A stretch of 64,000 nucleotides of DNA from an uncultured Ignavibacteriales bacterium (GCA_963834015.1 CAWIAG010000004.1:1749926-1813925); one strand, 5' to 3'; shown: positions 17,430 through 28,448, counted from the stretch's first letter. The notes: generated by a model from the letters alone, not told the origin. A program made the numbers and translations.

Positions 17430-19676
17430 ATGAAATGTCAAATTTATTTCAAATTAAAAACCCTTGCATTTACCGGGCTTCTTTTACTAAATGCATGTGC
17501 AACAAAAGACATTACACAATATGTTGATCCAAATATCGGAGGTGTGGCGCCTTTATTAACAACATTGACTCCGACTGTTCACCGGCCCCATAGTATGGTA
17601 AGGGTATTTCCGGTTACCAAGCCGGGCCTTGATGACCGGTACCTGAGTGATAAAATATACGGTTTTGCATTGAATATGCCCGCGTACCGCAGGGGATATG
17701 TAACAGAGCTTATGCCCACAAGCGGTAAGCTATTATTTAACAAAGATGATTATGCTTCAGTTTACGACCACGACATGGAAGAACTGTATCCATGGTACCA
17801 TAAAGTTTTGCTTGAAGATTATAATATTACTGCTGACTGGACAACCACCGAACGGGCAATACTTTACAGATTTAAATTTAAAGGTAAAGATTCGAATAAT
17901 ATTTTATTCCGTTCAAACAGTGAATCTTATTTTAGAATAGACGGCAATAATGTAATTCAGGGATGGGAAAAATTTGAAAATACAAAACAATTTTTCTACG
18001 CCGAATTCAGCCGGCCGTTTGATAAATCCGGCTCATTTGAACCGGGAAAAATATCAGATAATGAAACCGAAATATCAGGAAGTAAAACAGGAGTATTTGT
18101 TGTTTTTAATAAAGTAGAAAACCCGGTTGAGGTAAGGAATGGAGTTTCGTTTATTGATGAGAGCCAGGCTGCAGATAATCTTCACAGAGAAACAAACGGA
18201 AAGGGTTTTGAATCCGTTAAAGATGAAAGTTATTCCATCTGGAAAAATGAGCTAGGCAAAATACAGGTAGAAGGCGGGACAGAACGGCAAAAGCGGATTT
18301 TTTATACATCGCTTTATAGAAGTATGGAGCGTATGGTGAACATTTCGGAATACGGAAGATATTATAGCGCGTATGATAAAAAAATTCATAATGATAACGG
18401 GCGGCCTTTTTATGTAGACGACTGGCTTTGGGATACATTCAGAAGCCTGCATCCTCTGATGTTAATATTAGATCCTTCTCAGCAGGCAGATATGGTTGAA
18501 TCTTATGTCCGTATGTATGAACAAAGTAATTGGATGCCGGGTTTTCCACAGTTTTTTGGGAATTATCCGGCTATGATTGGATTTCATTCTGCGGAATTAA
18601 TCTGGGATACATTTCAAAAAGGAGTTAGGAATTTTGATTTGGATAAAGCCTATGAAGGTTTAAGAAAAAACGCAACACAAGCCACAATGCTACCGTGGAG
18701 GACAGGGCCAATGTGTTCACTTGATACATTTTATGTACAGCATGGATGGTATCCTGCCAAACCGGAAAACAGCAAAGATCCTGAACCAAGGGTTGACGGG
18801 TTTGAGAAACGGCAGGCCGTTTCAGTAACGCTTGAGCATAGTTATGATGACTGGTGCCTGGCGCAATTTGCCAAAGCGCTTAATAAGGATACCGATTATA
18901 CTTATTTCATGAACCGCTCACAAAACTATCGAAATGTTTTCAATCATGCTACCGGTTTTTTTGCTCCCAAAACGACGGATGGCAACTGGATTGAACCATT
19001 TGATCCTCAATTGTCAGGCGGTATAGGGAGCCGTGCGTACTTTACCGAAAATAATGCATGGACATGGAATTTCAGCGTTCAACATGACATCCCCGGATTG
19101 ATTGAACTTATAGGCGGTAAAGAAGCATTCGTAAAACGTGTTGATGCGATATTTAACGAACCAACAAGTATTGCAAAATGGAGACTTATGGCTCAATTCC
19201 CGGATGGGACAGGATTAAATGGAATGTTTGTCGCGGGTAATGAGCCATCATTCATCATTCCGTATCTTTATAACTATGCCGGTCAGCCATGGAAAACTCA
19301 GAGGCGACTCCGTGAGATAATGAACTTGTGGTTTGATGACCGTCCGCCCGGTATTCCCGGTGATGAAGATGGCGGAGCGTTATGCTCATGGTATGTTTTT
19401 TCAGCTATGGGCTTCTTCCCGGTAACACCGGGCAGCGGCGAGTATGCAATTGGAAGCCCGTTTTTTAATAAAATTCAAATTCAATTACCTGACGGCAACA
19501 CGTTTACTATTGCAGCAGAAAATTGTTCCCAAAAGAATAAATATATCCAATCGGAAGAGTTAAACGGAAAAGAACTAATGTACGCCTTTATAAGTCACGT
19601 TGATATTATTAGCGGCGGTACCCTTAAACTAATCATGGGTGACCGTCCAAATAAAGAATGGGGAATTAATCCCTGA
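17430..19676 (+). CDS. Glycoside hydrolase family 92 (alpha-mannosidase), lipoprotein
   Basis: GH92 signature blocks GNEPSF...PYLY and PGDEDGGALCSWYVFSAMGFFPVTPG. Lipobox-type signal LLLNAC. 748 aa. Confidence 0.85.
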   Translation: MKCQIYFKLKTLAFTGLLLLNACATKDITQYVDPNIGGVAPLLTTLTPTVHRPHSMVRVFPVTKPGLDDRYLSDKIYGFALNMPAYRRGYVTELMPTSGKLLFNKDDYASVYDHDMEELYPWYHKVLLEDYNITADWTTTERAILYRFKFKGKDSNNILFRSNSESYFRIDGNNVIQGWEKFENTKQFFYAEFSRPFDKSGSFEPGKISDNETEISGSKTGVFVVFNKVENPVEVRNGVSFIDESQAADNLHRETNGKGFESVKDESYSIWKNELGKIQVEGGTERQKRIFYTSLYRSMERMVNISEYGRYYSAYDKKIHNDNGRPFYVDDWLWDTFRSLHPLMLILDPSQQADMVESYVRMYEQSNWMPGFPQFFGNYPAMIGFHSAELIWDTFQKGVRNFDLDKAYEGLRKNATQATMLPWRTGPMCSLDTFYVQHGWYPAKPENSKDPEPRVDGFEKRQAVSVTLEHSYDDWCLAQFAKALNKDTDYTYFMNRSQNYRNVFNHATGFFAPKTTDGNWIEPFDPQLSGGIGSRAYFTENNAWTWNFSVQHDIPGLIELIGGKEAFVKRVDAIFNEPTSIAKWRLMAQFPDGTGLNGMFVAGNEPSFIIPYLYNYAGQPWKTQRRLREIMNLWFDDRPPGIPGDEDGGALCSWYVFSAMGFFPVTPGSGEYAIGSPFFNKIQIQLPDGNTFTIAAENCSQKNKYIQSEELNGKELMYAFISHVDIISGGTLKLIMGDRPNKEWGINP

Positions 19677-19715
19677 TGGCTGATTACCCCGGTTTGAAAA
19701 AATAAAGGTAAAAAA

Positions 19716-20957
19716 ATGAAAATATATGTTGAATTTAACAAAATGGTATTAAGTATGATCCTGGTATTTTCTGTTTTGGCCGGAGCACAGAATAATATAC
19801 TTAATAAATCTATCTGCGATTTCGGAGTGCTGCCTCAGAACAGCGGAGCAGAAAATAAAAAACATCTCCAGGAAGCTATTGATTGGGCATCGCCCAGAGG
19901 TGCGGCACTTTATGTAGAGCCATCGGAGGAACCGTATTGTGTAGACGGCGGTATTGTTTTAAAACAAAATGTCTCTTTAATCGGTGTGCACGGCCCGGTT
20001 GGAAGGTCAACCTGTGATATCGAAAAAAAGCACCCGGTTGGAAGTGTTTTCCAAATTGAGGATGAAAATGATCCGTTTATTATAGTAGAAGGCTCAACTC
20101 AAATACGCGGGATCCAGTTCTGGTATCCGAAACAAACATTTAATGATTCATCAAAGATTATTAAATATCAACCGACTATTCAGGTGTCTCATAAAAATTC
20201 CGTGAAGGGAGTAACGCTTTCCTGTCTTACTTTCTATGGAGAGTATATTGCCATGGATTTTAATGCAAGTAAACAATTTGCATGCGAACAGATTTTATTT
20301 GAACATTGCTACGGTTATCCTTTAAGCGGAGAGTTTATAAAAATTTGTTATTGTTATGATATTCCCCGTATTTTACACTGCCATATTAATCCGGCAAACA
20401 TGGCGTATTTAAACAGGAGTTTTCACAAAGAGGTTATTGATGCTGTAGTGGCCAAAGGGACTTATTCATACACAATTAATACAACCGATAACGCAGTTGT
20501 TATGGATATTTTTTCATTCGGAACTTATGGAGGCATATATCTGGGTGAAGAGACTTACGGACAATTAACCAACTTTAATTTTGATTGTGTAGTTATCGGG
20601 ATCCATAAACTGGGAAATAATTCAAAAAACCGTAATTGGATGATTGCACAGGGATCAATTATTTCAAATACCGGCGATAATCAAGAAAATGTTCATCCCA
20701 TTGTGATTGAAGGCGTAGGGCATACATCACTTTCTAATGTGGAAGCTTTCTCAGGTAACAATTCTGCATTAACCACATTTAGTAATTCACAGGACTATAT
20801 CCTTGTGAAAGGGAATGAAAAACTTACTATTTCTATGTCGGGTTGCAGGATGTCTAACTATTTAGCCGACAAACCTATAACAATTGAAAATCCGAAGGCT
20901 GTAATTCAGGCTTCTGATTGTTTTGATAAAAATGGAAATCCGTTTAATATGCATTAA
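19716..20957 (+). CDS. Secreted right-handed beta-helix (pectate-lyase-superfamily) protein, probable glycosidase
   Basis: N-terminal signal peptide. DFGVLPQNSGAENKKHLQEAIDWAS resembles the 'DFGAKGDG...IQAAIDAA' opener of beta-helix glycosidases. Repetitive G/N-rich turns follow. Confidence 0.55.
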   Translation: MKIYVEFNKMVLSMILVFSVLAGAQNNILNKSICDFGVLPQNSGAENKKHLQEAIDWASPRGAALYVEPSEEPYCVDGGIVLKQNVSLIGVHGPVGRSTCDIEKKHPVGSVFQIEDENDPFIIVEGSTQIRGIQFWYPKQTFNDSSKIIKYQPTIQVSHKNSVKGVTLSCLTFYGEYIAMDFNASKQFACEQILFEHCYGYPLSGEFIKICYCYDIPRILHCHINPANMAYLNRSFHKEVIDAVVAKGTYSYTINTTDNAVVMDIFSFGTYGGIYLGEETYGQLTNFNFDCVVIGIHKLGNNSKNRNWMIAQGSIISNTGDNQENVHPIVIEGVGHTSLSNVEAFSGNNSALTTFSNSQDYILVKGNEKLTISMSGCRMSNYLADKPITIENPKAVIQASDCFDKNGNPFNMH

Positions 20958-21022
20958 AATATTAAAAATTGAATTATTTAGAAAATAAAATTATTTACGG
21001 TAATATGCCATTTTAATGAATT

Positions 21023-21063
21023 GTTTAAGTTCCCATGTATTGTACTTAAACACCTGTTTTTTT
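21023..21063 (+). terminator. Rho-independent terminator after the beta-helix gene
   Basis: GTTTAAGT-tcccatgtattgt-ACTTAAAC followed by ACCTGTTTTTTT. Confidence 0.55.
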
Positions 21064-21306
21064 AGATGTGTACCAGCAAACCATTAAATGAAAATTTATT
21101 TTTCATTATGAAAAATCTAAAATATTAAATATGCTCAAGTAATTATAACTTTTGTAATTGTTTTAATTTTTTGTGATTTTTATAAAATAACGACCAGAAA
21201 TAATATTAAATACCGGGATTAACTCCGTGCGGGTAATAATTCCGGCAAAACAAACAGATAAGATTTATTTATAAACTTAATTAAAGTAAGCAGTTCGGAG
21301 GAATGA

Positions 21307-22563
21307 ATGAAGAGAAACTATTATATAGTGGTCTTAATTTTTCTTGTATTTTTTGTCATTTCTCTGATAACGAACATTTTGGGTTCGCTTAACCCGGACA
21401 TGATTACAAGCTTCCACCTGAGCCTTACACTTTCAGCATTCCTGCCTTTTGCATTTTTTATTGCATACGGAGTAATGTCCATCCCGGCAGGAATTCTTGT
21501 TGAAAAATATAAAGAAAAAAAAATAATGTTTGCTGCTTTTTTCATAGCATTCATCGGGGCTTTGATGTTTTCTTTATTGCCGTATTACCTAGTATTTTTA
21601 CCATCGCTTTTTTTAATGGGAGCCGGTATGGCAATGCTTCAGGTTGCGATCAATCCGTTATTAAGAGTTTCCGGAGGAGAAGAACATTTTGCGTTTAATT
21701 CAGTATTAGCTCAACTGATGTTTGGGGGAGCGTCATTTCTTGCACCTATGCTTTTAACATATTTAGTTTCAAATCTAAATAGTACCAAGTCAAATAATGC
21801 AGTTAAGAAAATTTTTTCGGGCATAGTGCCTGCAGGTATAACCTGGGTATCGTTGTACTGGGTATTTTCAATCGTGCTGCTTTTAATGGTTATCATCGTG
21901 TTTGTATCGAAATTCCCCGAGGTTGATAGAAATGAGGATGAAAAATCAGGCAACTGGTCCACGCATGCAAACTTATTTAAAAATAAAACGGTAGTTTTAT
22001 ATTTCATAGGTATTTTTACTTATGTTGGAACCGAACAGGGAGTTTCATACTGGATATCAAAATTTCTTTTTACCTATCATAATTACGATCCTATCAGTAC
22101 CGGAGCATCTATTGTCGGACGGTTTTGGGGCATGATGTCGATTGGTTGTTTACTCGGGTTAGGATTATTGAAATTATTTGACAGCAGAAAGATATTGAGA
22201 GTAGCCGTAATTTTTGCAGCAATATTATTAGCGGCTGCATTATACGGCCCGGGTAACATTGCGCTGATTGCTTTCCCAATGGTCGGGTTCTCTTTGTCAG
22301 TAATGTGGTCGATAGTATTTTCGTTAGCACTTAACTCGGTTGACAGCCACCACGGATCTTTTGCAGGAATTTTATGTACTGCAATTATCGGTGGCGCTGT
22401 GGTACAGATATTAATCGGATGGCTGGGCGATACATTCGGTTTAAGAGCAGGAATGTCTTTTGTTTTTGTTACGCTTGCATACATATTCAGCATAGGGATC
22501 TGGGCAAAACCTTTAATTGCAAATGAAACAATAAAAACAAAGAAACCGGTATCGGGAAAATAG
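21307..22563 (+). CDS. Sugar MFS transporter (FucP/glucose-galactose-transporter-like)
   Basis: 418 aa, 12 predicted TM segments, with a central hydrophilic loop as in FucP-type sugar:H+ symporters. Confidence 0.8.
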   Translation: MKRNYYIVVLIFLVFFVISLITNILGSLNPDMITSFHLSLTLSAFLPFAFFIAYGVMSIPAGILVEKYKEKKIMFAAFFIAFIGALMFSLLPYYLVFLPSLFLMGAGMAMLQVAINPLLRVSGGEEHFAFNSVLAQLMFGGASFLAPMLLTYLVSNLNSTKSNNAVKKIFSGIVPAGITWVSLYWVFSIVLLLMVIIVFVSKFPEVDRNEDEKSGNWSTHANLFKNKTVVLYFIGIFTYVGTEQGVSYWISKFLFTYHNYDPISTGASIVGRFWGMMSIGCLLGLGLLKLFDSRKILRVAVIFAAILLAAALYGPGNIALIAFPMVGFSLSVMWSIVFSLALNSVDSHHGSFAGILCTAIIGGAVVQILIGWLGDTFGLRAGMSFVFVTLAYIFSIGIWAKPLIANETIKTKKPVSGK

Positions 22564-22776
22564 ATTGATTTCACAAATAGTTTAAGATAATGAAAATATG
22601 CCGTTGATAAATTTAAAAGATACTTTCGCAGATACAGATTTAGGCGACTATGAAGCGGGGATATTAAAAGCAGTTGATACGTTGTGCATCAGATCAATTT
22701 TAAGAGTTAAGAAGAAAGTATAAAAGAAGCCCTATGGAAAAAATTCATTTGTTCAATGGCAATTTTAAAAGTATAA

Positions 22777-23742
22777 ATGAGGTTAACCATGCATGAAGTA
22801 ACATGTCTCGGGATAATCGTAGCTGATGTAATTGCAAGAACAGTAAACGCACTGCCGCAGGAAGGTAAACTTGATCTTATAGACCAGCTTGAACTGCATC
22901 TTGGAGGATGTGCGTCAAATGCGGCAGTTGATCTTGAAAAGATTGGAATAAAAACAGCAGTAATCGGAAGGGTTGGGGAGGATGGATTTGGTTCCTTTGC
23001 AATAAATGAAATGAAGCTTAACAATGTTAATGTTGAAGGTATAACAGTAAGTAATATAAGTAAAACTTCTGCTTCGGTTGTTTCGGTTCATTCAAACGGA
23101 GAGCGATCTTTCCTGCATCATATAGGGGCAAATGCAGATTTTGTAACTGATGATATTAACTATCCAATTATATTTAAATCAAAAATATTATTTATTGCCG
23201 GTGCATTGCTAATGCCGCGCTTTGACGGCATCCCTTCATCAGAAGTATTAAAAGCTGCACAGGAAGCAAAAATAATAACAGTAATGGACACTGCCTGGGA
23301 TTCAACAGGTAAATGGATGCAGAAAATTAAGCCATGTTTACCGTATCTGGATTATTTCATGCCGAGCCTTGAAGAAGCTGAAATGATATCGGGTAAAAGC
23401 AAGCCTGAAGATATTGCCGATGTATTCCTGGAGGCAGGAGTAAAAACAGCTGTAATAAAACTCGGTTCCAAGGGCTGTTATATTAAGAATAAATCAAATG
23501 AACAATATAATATTGGAGCATTCTTGGGAATTAAAACAGTTGATACAACGGGAGCCGGAGATTCATTTGCCGCCGGATTTATAACGGGAATACTCCGCGG
23601 ATGGGATATTCCGGCGTGCGGTGAATTCGCCAATGCTGTGGGGGCACATTGTGTTATGAAAGTAGGAGCTACATCAGGGATAAAAAAATTTGATGAGATA
23701 ATGGATTTTATAAATTCAAATAAAAAAAGAAATGTAAAATGA
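22777..23742 (+). CDS. PfkB-family carbohydrate kinase (ribokinase/fructokinase/KDG-kinase-like)
   Basis: DTTGAGDSFAAGF ATP-binding motif; N-terminal GIIVADV and GG; 321 aa. Confidence 0.85.
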   Translation: MRLTMHEVTCLGIIVADVIARTVNALPQEGKLDLIDQLELHLGGCASNAAVDLEKIGIKTAVIGRVGEDGFGSFAINEMKLNNVNVEGITVSNISKTSASVVSVHSNGERSFLHHIGANADFVTDDINYPIIFKSKILFIAGALLMPRFDGIPSSEVLKAAQEAKIITVMDTAWDSTGKWMQKIKPCLPYLDYFMPSLEEAEMISGKSKPEDIADVFLEAGVKTAVIKLGSKGCYIKNKSNEQYNIGAFLGIKTVDTTGAGDSFAAGFITGILRGWDIPACGEFANAVGAHCVMKVGATSGIKKFDEIMDFINSNKKRNVK

Positions 23743-24284
23743 CAAATAAAACCGAACTTGAATATGCAAGAAGCAGGGCTTTGAATTACTTCCTAAAGGC
23801 TAAAATAACTCTTTCTGAGAAAGAAAAAGAAAACATTGAAGTAGCCGATTTTGGACTAAACAGGTTAAATGAAATAGGCCTTCAAATTCTTGTCTATGTA
23901 AATACAGAAAGGTGCTGTGCCAAAGAGCTTGTCCTTTTCCCTTATCAAATATGCCCTGAGCACCGTCATCCGGATATCAATGGAATCCAGGGAAAAGAGG
24001 AAACATTCAGATGCCGGTTCGGGAAAGTGTACTTATATATTGACGATGAGCCTTCAGAAAACATTTCTGCTGTTATTCCAAAAGATAAACAGAATAGTTT
24101 TACCGTAAAACACGAAATAATTCTTAATCCCGGCGATCAATATACACTTAAACCCGGAATCCTTCACTGGTTTCAGGCTGGCTCAAAAGGTGCAGTAGTA
24201 TCGGAATTTTCGACCAGGAGCAGCGATGAATCTGATTACTTTACCGACCCTGAAATAAAAAGAATACCTGAAATTGAATATTAA
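23739..24284 (+). CDS. Cupin-fold sugar isomerase of the D-lyxose/D-mannose ketol-isomerase family
   Basis: 181 aa. LVLFPYQICPEHRHPDINGIQGKEETFRCRFGKVYLYID matches the metal-binding core of D-lyxose isomerases. The start overlaps the upstream kinase stop (ATGA). Confidence 0.6.
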   Translation: MTNKTELEYARSRALNYFLKAKITLSEKEKENIEVADFGLNRLNEIGLQILVYVNTERCCAKELVLFPYQICPEHRHPDINGIQGKEETFRCRFGKVYLYIDDEPSENISAVIPKDKQNSFTVKHEIILNPGDQYTLKPGILHWFQAGSKGAVVSEFSTRSSDESDYFTDPEIKRIPEIEY

Positions 24285-24347
24285 AAATACATAAAAACCC
24301 GAAAAGCGATTTTAAATAGCCTGATTTTAAAATAATACGGATATAAA

Positions 24348-25208
24348 ATGGGAATACTTGGTATTGATATTGGTGGCACGAATATTCGTACCGGATTGGT
24401 AGAAGACAATAAATTAGTTAAGGTTGAATCCATTGAGGTACCCAAAAGCGGTACTAAAGATGAAATAATTAATAACATAGTTACAATGATCCAAAAGTTC
24501 AGCACTAAAAAGATAAATGGAATAGGCATAGGTGTACCAAGCGTGGTTGACATTGAAAAAGGTATTGTATATGATGTTCAGAACATTCCTTCATGGAAAG
24601 AAGTTCATCTTAAGAAAATATTAGAAAAAGAGTTTAAGGTTCCCGTCTATATTAACAATGATGCCAACTGCTTTGCGGCGGGTGAGAAATATTTCGGCAG
24701 CGTGAAAAAGTATAAGAATATTATCGGCTTAATAATTGGTACGGGGCTTGGTGCGGGTATTATAGTTAACAATCAATTATACTCGGGAAATAATTGCGGA
24801 GCCGGCGAATTCGGGATGATACCCTTTAAAAATAATAATTATGAATATTACTGCTGCGGCCAGTATTTTAATAATGAATTTGGTAAATCGGGTGAAGAGA
24901 TTTTAGCAAGTGCTGAAAAAGGTAATCGCCTTGCTTTAAAAATATTCGACGAATATGGTTCTAATTTAGGCGAAGCCATTAAAATGATTATGTATGCCTT
25001 AGATCCCGAAGTAATTATTCTTGGGGGATCAGTTAGTAAATCATATAAATTTTTCGAAAAAGTAATGTGGAAATCGATAAAAAGATTCGCATATGCAAAA
25101 TCCGCTGCCAAAATAAAAATTGAAGTTTCTAAAGTGAAACATATTGCCATTCTGGGAGCTGCCGCAATATACCTGGATGTGCAGGAAAAGAACTCAATAA
25201 TAAATTGA
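24348..25208 (+). CDS. ROK-family sugar kinase (glucokinase/fructokinase/NagK-like)
   Basis: N-terminal GIDIGGTNIRTGLV ATPase motif; length 286 aa. It lacks the Cys-rich zinc motif, so it is a kinase rather than a repressor. Confidence 0.85.
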   Translation: MGILGIDIGGTNIRTGLVEDNKLVKVESIEVPKSGTKDEIINNIVTMIQKFSTKKINGIGIGVPSVVDIEKGIVYDVQNIPSWKEVHLKKILEKEFKVPVYINNDANCFAAGEKYFGSVKKYKNIIGLIIGTGLGAGIIVNNQLYSGNNCGAGEFGMIPFKNNNYEYYCCGQYFNNEFGKSGEEILASAEKGNRLALKIFDEYGSNLGEAIKMIMYALDPEVIILGGSVSKSYKFFEKVMWKSIKRFAYAKSAAKIKIEVSKVKHIAILGAAAIYLDVQEKNSIIN

Positions 25209-25410
25209 ATAATAAAAATTATGATTCTTATACATTGCCGCATTGATAATTAATTCAGGGCGGCAAGCTAAATATTGAATTATCAGAGAACGCAAAAGAG
25301 TAGATTTTAGGGAAGTGTAACGTGAAGTTAACAAAATTACCGTTTTTTATAAATTTTAATATGAATTAGGTAAATTTAGTTAATGTATAAATTTTAATAA
25401 CAGGTTAAGC

Positions 25411-25935
25411 ATGAAAAAACATTTGTAATTTTAGTTTTGCTAATATTTACATACACTGCGTGGGCACAGCCAATACGCCGGGCGGAATATCCGCGTCCTC
25501 AATTTGAGCGGAGTACGTGGATAAATCTTAACGGTACCTGGACTTATTCGTTTTATTTTGGTAATTCCGGCAAAAACAGGAATTTACAGGATAGTAAAGG
25601 TTTTGATGATAAAATTATTGTTCCTTTCTACCCGGAAAGTAAATTGCCCGGTGTTGAGCACAAAGACTTTATAAATAATATGTGGTACCAGCGTAAGATT
25701 TCAATTCCTGCCGGCTGGAGCAATAAAAATATCTTATTGAATTTCGGAGCAGTTTACTATCTGACCGAAGTTTATATCGACGGCAAATTTATAGGCCGGC
25801 ACTTCGGAGGGACGTCTTCATCAAAAAGTATTTGAAAAACGTTTTCACTACTGGGCAGATAAACTTGGTTACCTGACCTGGAGCGAGTTCTCAAGTTGGG
25901 GATCAGATTATAATAATGTAGAATATTATGAATAG
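25411..25935 (+). pseudogene. Decayed GH2 (beta-mannosidase/beta-galactosidase family) remnant: frameshifted start plus large internal deletion
   Basis: An ATG at 25411 is followed by an A6 run. Adding one A restores a perfect signal peptide, MKKTFVILVLLIFTYTAWAQ, continuous with the 25437..25835 ORF (GH2 sugar-binding N-domain motifs W...GxxxxLxFxGV...VYIDGKFIGRHFGG). A second frame at ~25845-25935 encodes ADKLGYLTWSEFSSWG, a fragment of the GH2 catalytic domain. No downstream remainder exists. Confidence 0.6.
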
Positions 25936-26443
25936 TCTGCAGCATGGTTAAAGGTTTGAAATACTCTACAATTATTTTGAATCTTTTCATCGAAGTTCAG
26001 TTTAAAAGCAATTTTAAAGCTTAATATTATAAAATTGCGTTCGATGTCCAGATAAAATAGATGAATCAAACGAAAATATTTTGTCAAAAAAAATGTGCTG
26101 ATTTTGTAGAAAAATAAATTTGCCAAACGAATCAAATTTTATTGCCGGAATACAGAAGTACCTCTGCAGCACTATGATCCAGGCAGGTAGATTTAAATCA
26201 ATAAAAAAAATGATGCTTATAAAGTAATTTAAGCTCATACTAAAGGAAGTGTGAAACATAGTTAAAAACTCTTAGTATTTCCTCTCTTTGTTTTTAACTA
26301 TCGAGAGGATTTTTTTTAAGACCGGGTGTTGAAGCAATCTTATTTATAGCATACATTATTAGAGAGAATTTTAAATTTTAAATACTATATCTCTATTTAT
26401 TAAACAATTATTAAATAATGAAAAAACAGATATAAAAATTATA

Positions 26444-27838
26444 TTGGGAAAAATGATGAGAAATCTAAACGCCATATTATGTGTAATTCTAATTTGCATA
26501 AGCTTACACGCCGGCGACAAGGGATGGACAAATTTATTTAATGGCAAAAATCTTGACGGTTGGAAAGTATTAAACGGTACTGCAGAATTTAAGGCTGAAA
26601 ACGGCTGTATTATTGGGATATATAAACCCAATACACAAAATACTTTTTTGGCAACGACGAAGAATTATGAAAATTTTATTCTTGAATTAGAAGTAAAAAT
26701 GGATACGTCATTAAACTCCGGAGTGCAGATCAGGAGCAGTTGCCAGGCGGATTATAGAAACGGGGTTGTTCACGGAGACCAGGTGGAAATAGACGGGTCT
26801 TCACGTGCATGGAGCGGCGGTATTTATGATGAGCAGGGCAGAGGATGGTTATATAATCTTGAGTGTAATCAAAATGCTAAAGCCGCATATAAAAACGGGA
26901 AATGGAATAAATATCATATCGAAGCTATCGGGAATAATATCCGCGTTTGGATTAACGGAATTCAGACGGCAGATCTTGTAGACGATACTGCCTTAAGCGG
27001 ATTTATTGCATTACAGATACATAGTATTGATAATAATATTAATACCGACCGCACTGTCCAATTTAAAAACTTAAGAATGAAGTCAACGAATCTTGACAAA
27101 GAGAAACGCCCCGAATCAAATAAAATTCCCCAAATAAGTTTTCTTAAGAACAAACTTACAGAAAGAGAAAAAAAAGAAGGATGGAAATTACTATGGGACG
27201 GTAAAACAACAAACGGCTGGCGCGGTGCAAAATTGGATCACTTTCCTGAAAAAGGATGGCATGTTACTGATGGAATTCTAACAGTAGAAAAAAGCGGCGG
27301 ATATGAATCAAGAAACGGCGGGGATATTGTAACCATAATGAAATACAAGAATTTTGAACTGGAAGCTGACTTTTTGTATACCAGGGGTGCCAACAGCGGG
27401 ATAAAATATTTTGTTGATACGGATTTAAATGACGGGCCGGGTTCGGCGATAGGCTGTGAATACCAGATACTTGATGATGATGTTCATCCCGATGCAAAAC
27501 TGGGTGTAAACGGCAACAGGACATTAGCTTCGCTTTACGATCTAATCCCGGCTAATGCTCTTATTTATTCCCCGCATGAAACCACACCTAAACGTGTAAA
27601 TAAGTATGGCTGGAACAGGGCTAAAATAGTGGTTGAAGGAAACCATGTTGTTCACTATTTAAATGGAATTAAATTGGTTGAATATGTTCGCGGAACACAG
27701 ATGTGGAGAGCGCTTGTTGCATACAGTAAGTACAAGAAATGGCCGAATTTTGGCGAACATGAATATGGCAATATTTTGCTTCAGGACCATGGTGATGAAG
27801 TATCGTTTAAAAACATTAAAATTCGTGAGTTGAAGTAA
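26444..27838 (+). CDS. Secreted protein with two tandem DUF1080 (3-keto-disaccharide hydrolase / LamG-like) domains
   Basis: Two copies of the DUF1080 opener ([16 protein letters not shown]... and [18 protein letters not shown]...), each with the conserved G..QIRS / H-rich core. Signal peptide present. Confidence 0.8.
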   Translation: MGKMMRNLNAILCVILICISLHAGDKGWTNLFNGKNLDGWKVLNGTAEFKAENGCIIGIYKPNTQNTFLATTKNYENFILELEVKMDTSLNSGVQIRSSCQADYRNGVVHGDQVEIDGSSRAWSGGIYDEQGRGWLYNLECNQNAKAAYKNGKWNKYHIEAIGNNIRVWINGIQTADLVDDTALSGFIALQIHSIDNNINTDRTVQFKNLRMKSTNLDKEKRPESNKIPQISFLKNKLTEREKKEGWKLLWDGKTTNGWRGAKLDHFPEKGWHVTDGILTVEKSGGYESRNGGDIVTIMKYKNFELEADFLYTRGANSGIKYFVDTDLNDGPGSAIGCEYQILDDDVHPDAKLGVNGNRTLASLYDLIPANALIYSPHETTPKRVNKYGWNRAKIVVEGNHVVHYLNGIKLVEYVRGTQMWRALVAYSKYKKWPNFGEHEYGNILLQDHGDEVSFKNIKIRELK

Positions 27839-27903
27839 ATTTTAATAAGGTTTGATTATTTTAACTTCATAAAAAACAGTTACTGGTTGATTCATTATAA
27901 TAC

Positions 27904-27946
27904 GCAGGCTCTCACAGAGTAAATTCAGAGTGAGCGCCTTTATTAT
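27904..27946 (+). terminator. Possible terminator after the DUF1080 gene
   Basis: GGCTCTCAC-agagtaaattcaga-GTGAGCGCC followed by TTTATTA. The stem has one mismatch and the loop is long. Confidence 0.3.
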
Positions 27947-28448
27947 GGAGATCAAGAAGGAAGTAAAAAAGGATACAACCCGATGAAACCGGGTAGAAAT
28001 TCGCATTATATGATAATTGCATTTGTAAGGGATTTCATAAGGATTACGCATCGTAGTCCCGGTATACCCTTGGTGGGCCGCCCATTTTATTGAATAGGAT
28101 TAAAATTTTTTTACAGAGGCGCCGAGAAGGAAGTTAAATTAAATGCCTCACTTCTTAATAATTTGTCGCTTAAATATTAATTGTTTGCCCTGAATAATAG
28201 TTTTTATGATGAAAGTTATCCTGCCGGAAATCCTTTCTTTTGCCCATTCCTATAAAAATTCTTGTAATTAATTAATAATTTGAGCAAATTTAAAAATTCA
28301 AAATGAGTTCTGAAGTTATAATCGGAATCCTGCATCCGGAAATTTTCAAAGAATCCGTTAGCAAAAGGCTTTAATAAAGTTTTTGGCCTGTAGAATTTAA
28401 AATTATCAACATGTTTCAATTTTTAAATAATTAGATAGAGGAGAGATA

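Noticed and set aside
27980-28090. Possible tRNA/tmRNA-like segment (GGATACAACCCGATGAAACCGGGTAGAAATTCG… CGTAGTCCCGGTATACCCTTGGTGGGCCGCC)
   Set aside because: No cloverleaf could be drawn: no acceptor-stem complementarity and no GTTCGAATC/GTTCRANYC T-arm. No tRNA features are evident anywhere in the window.
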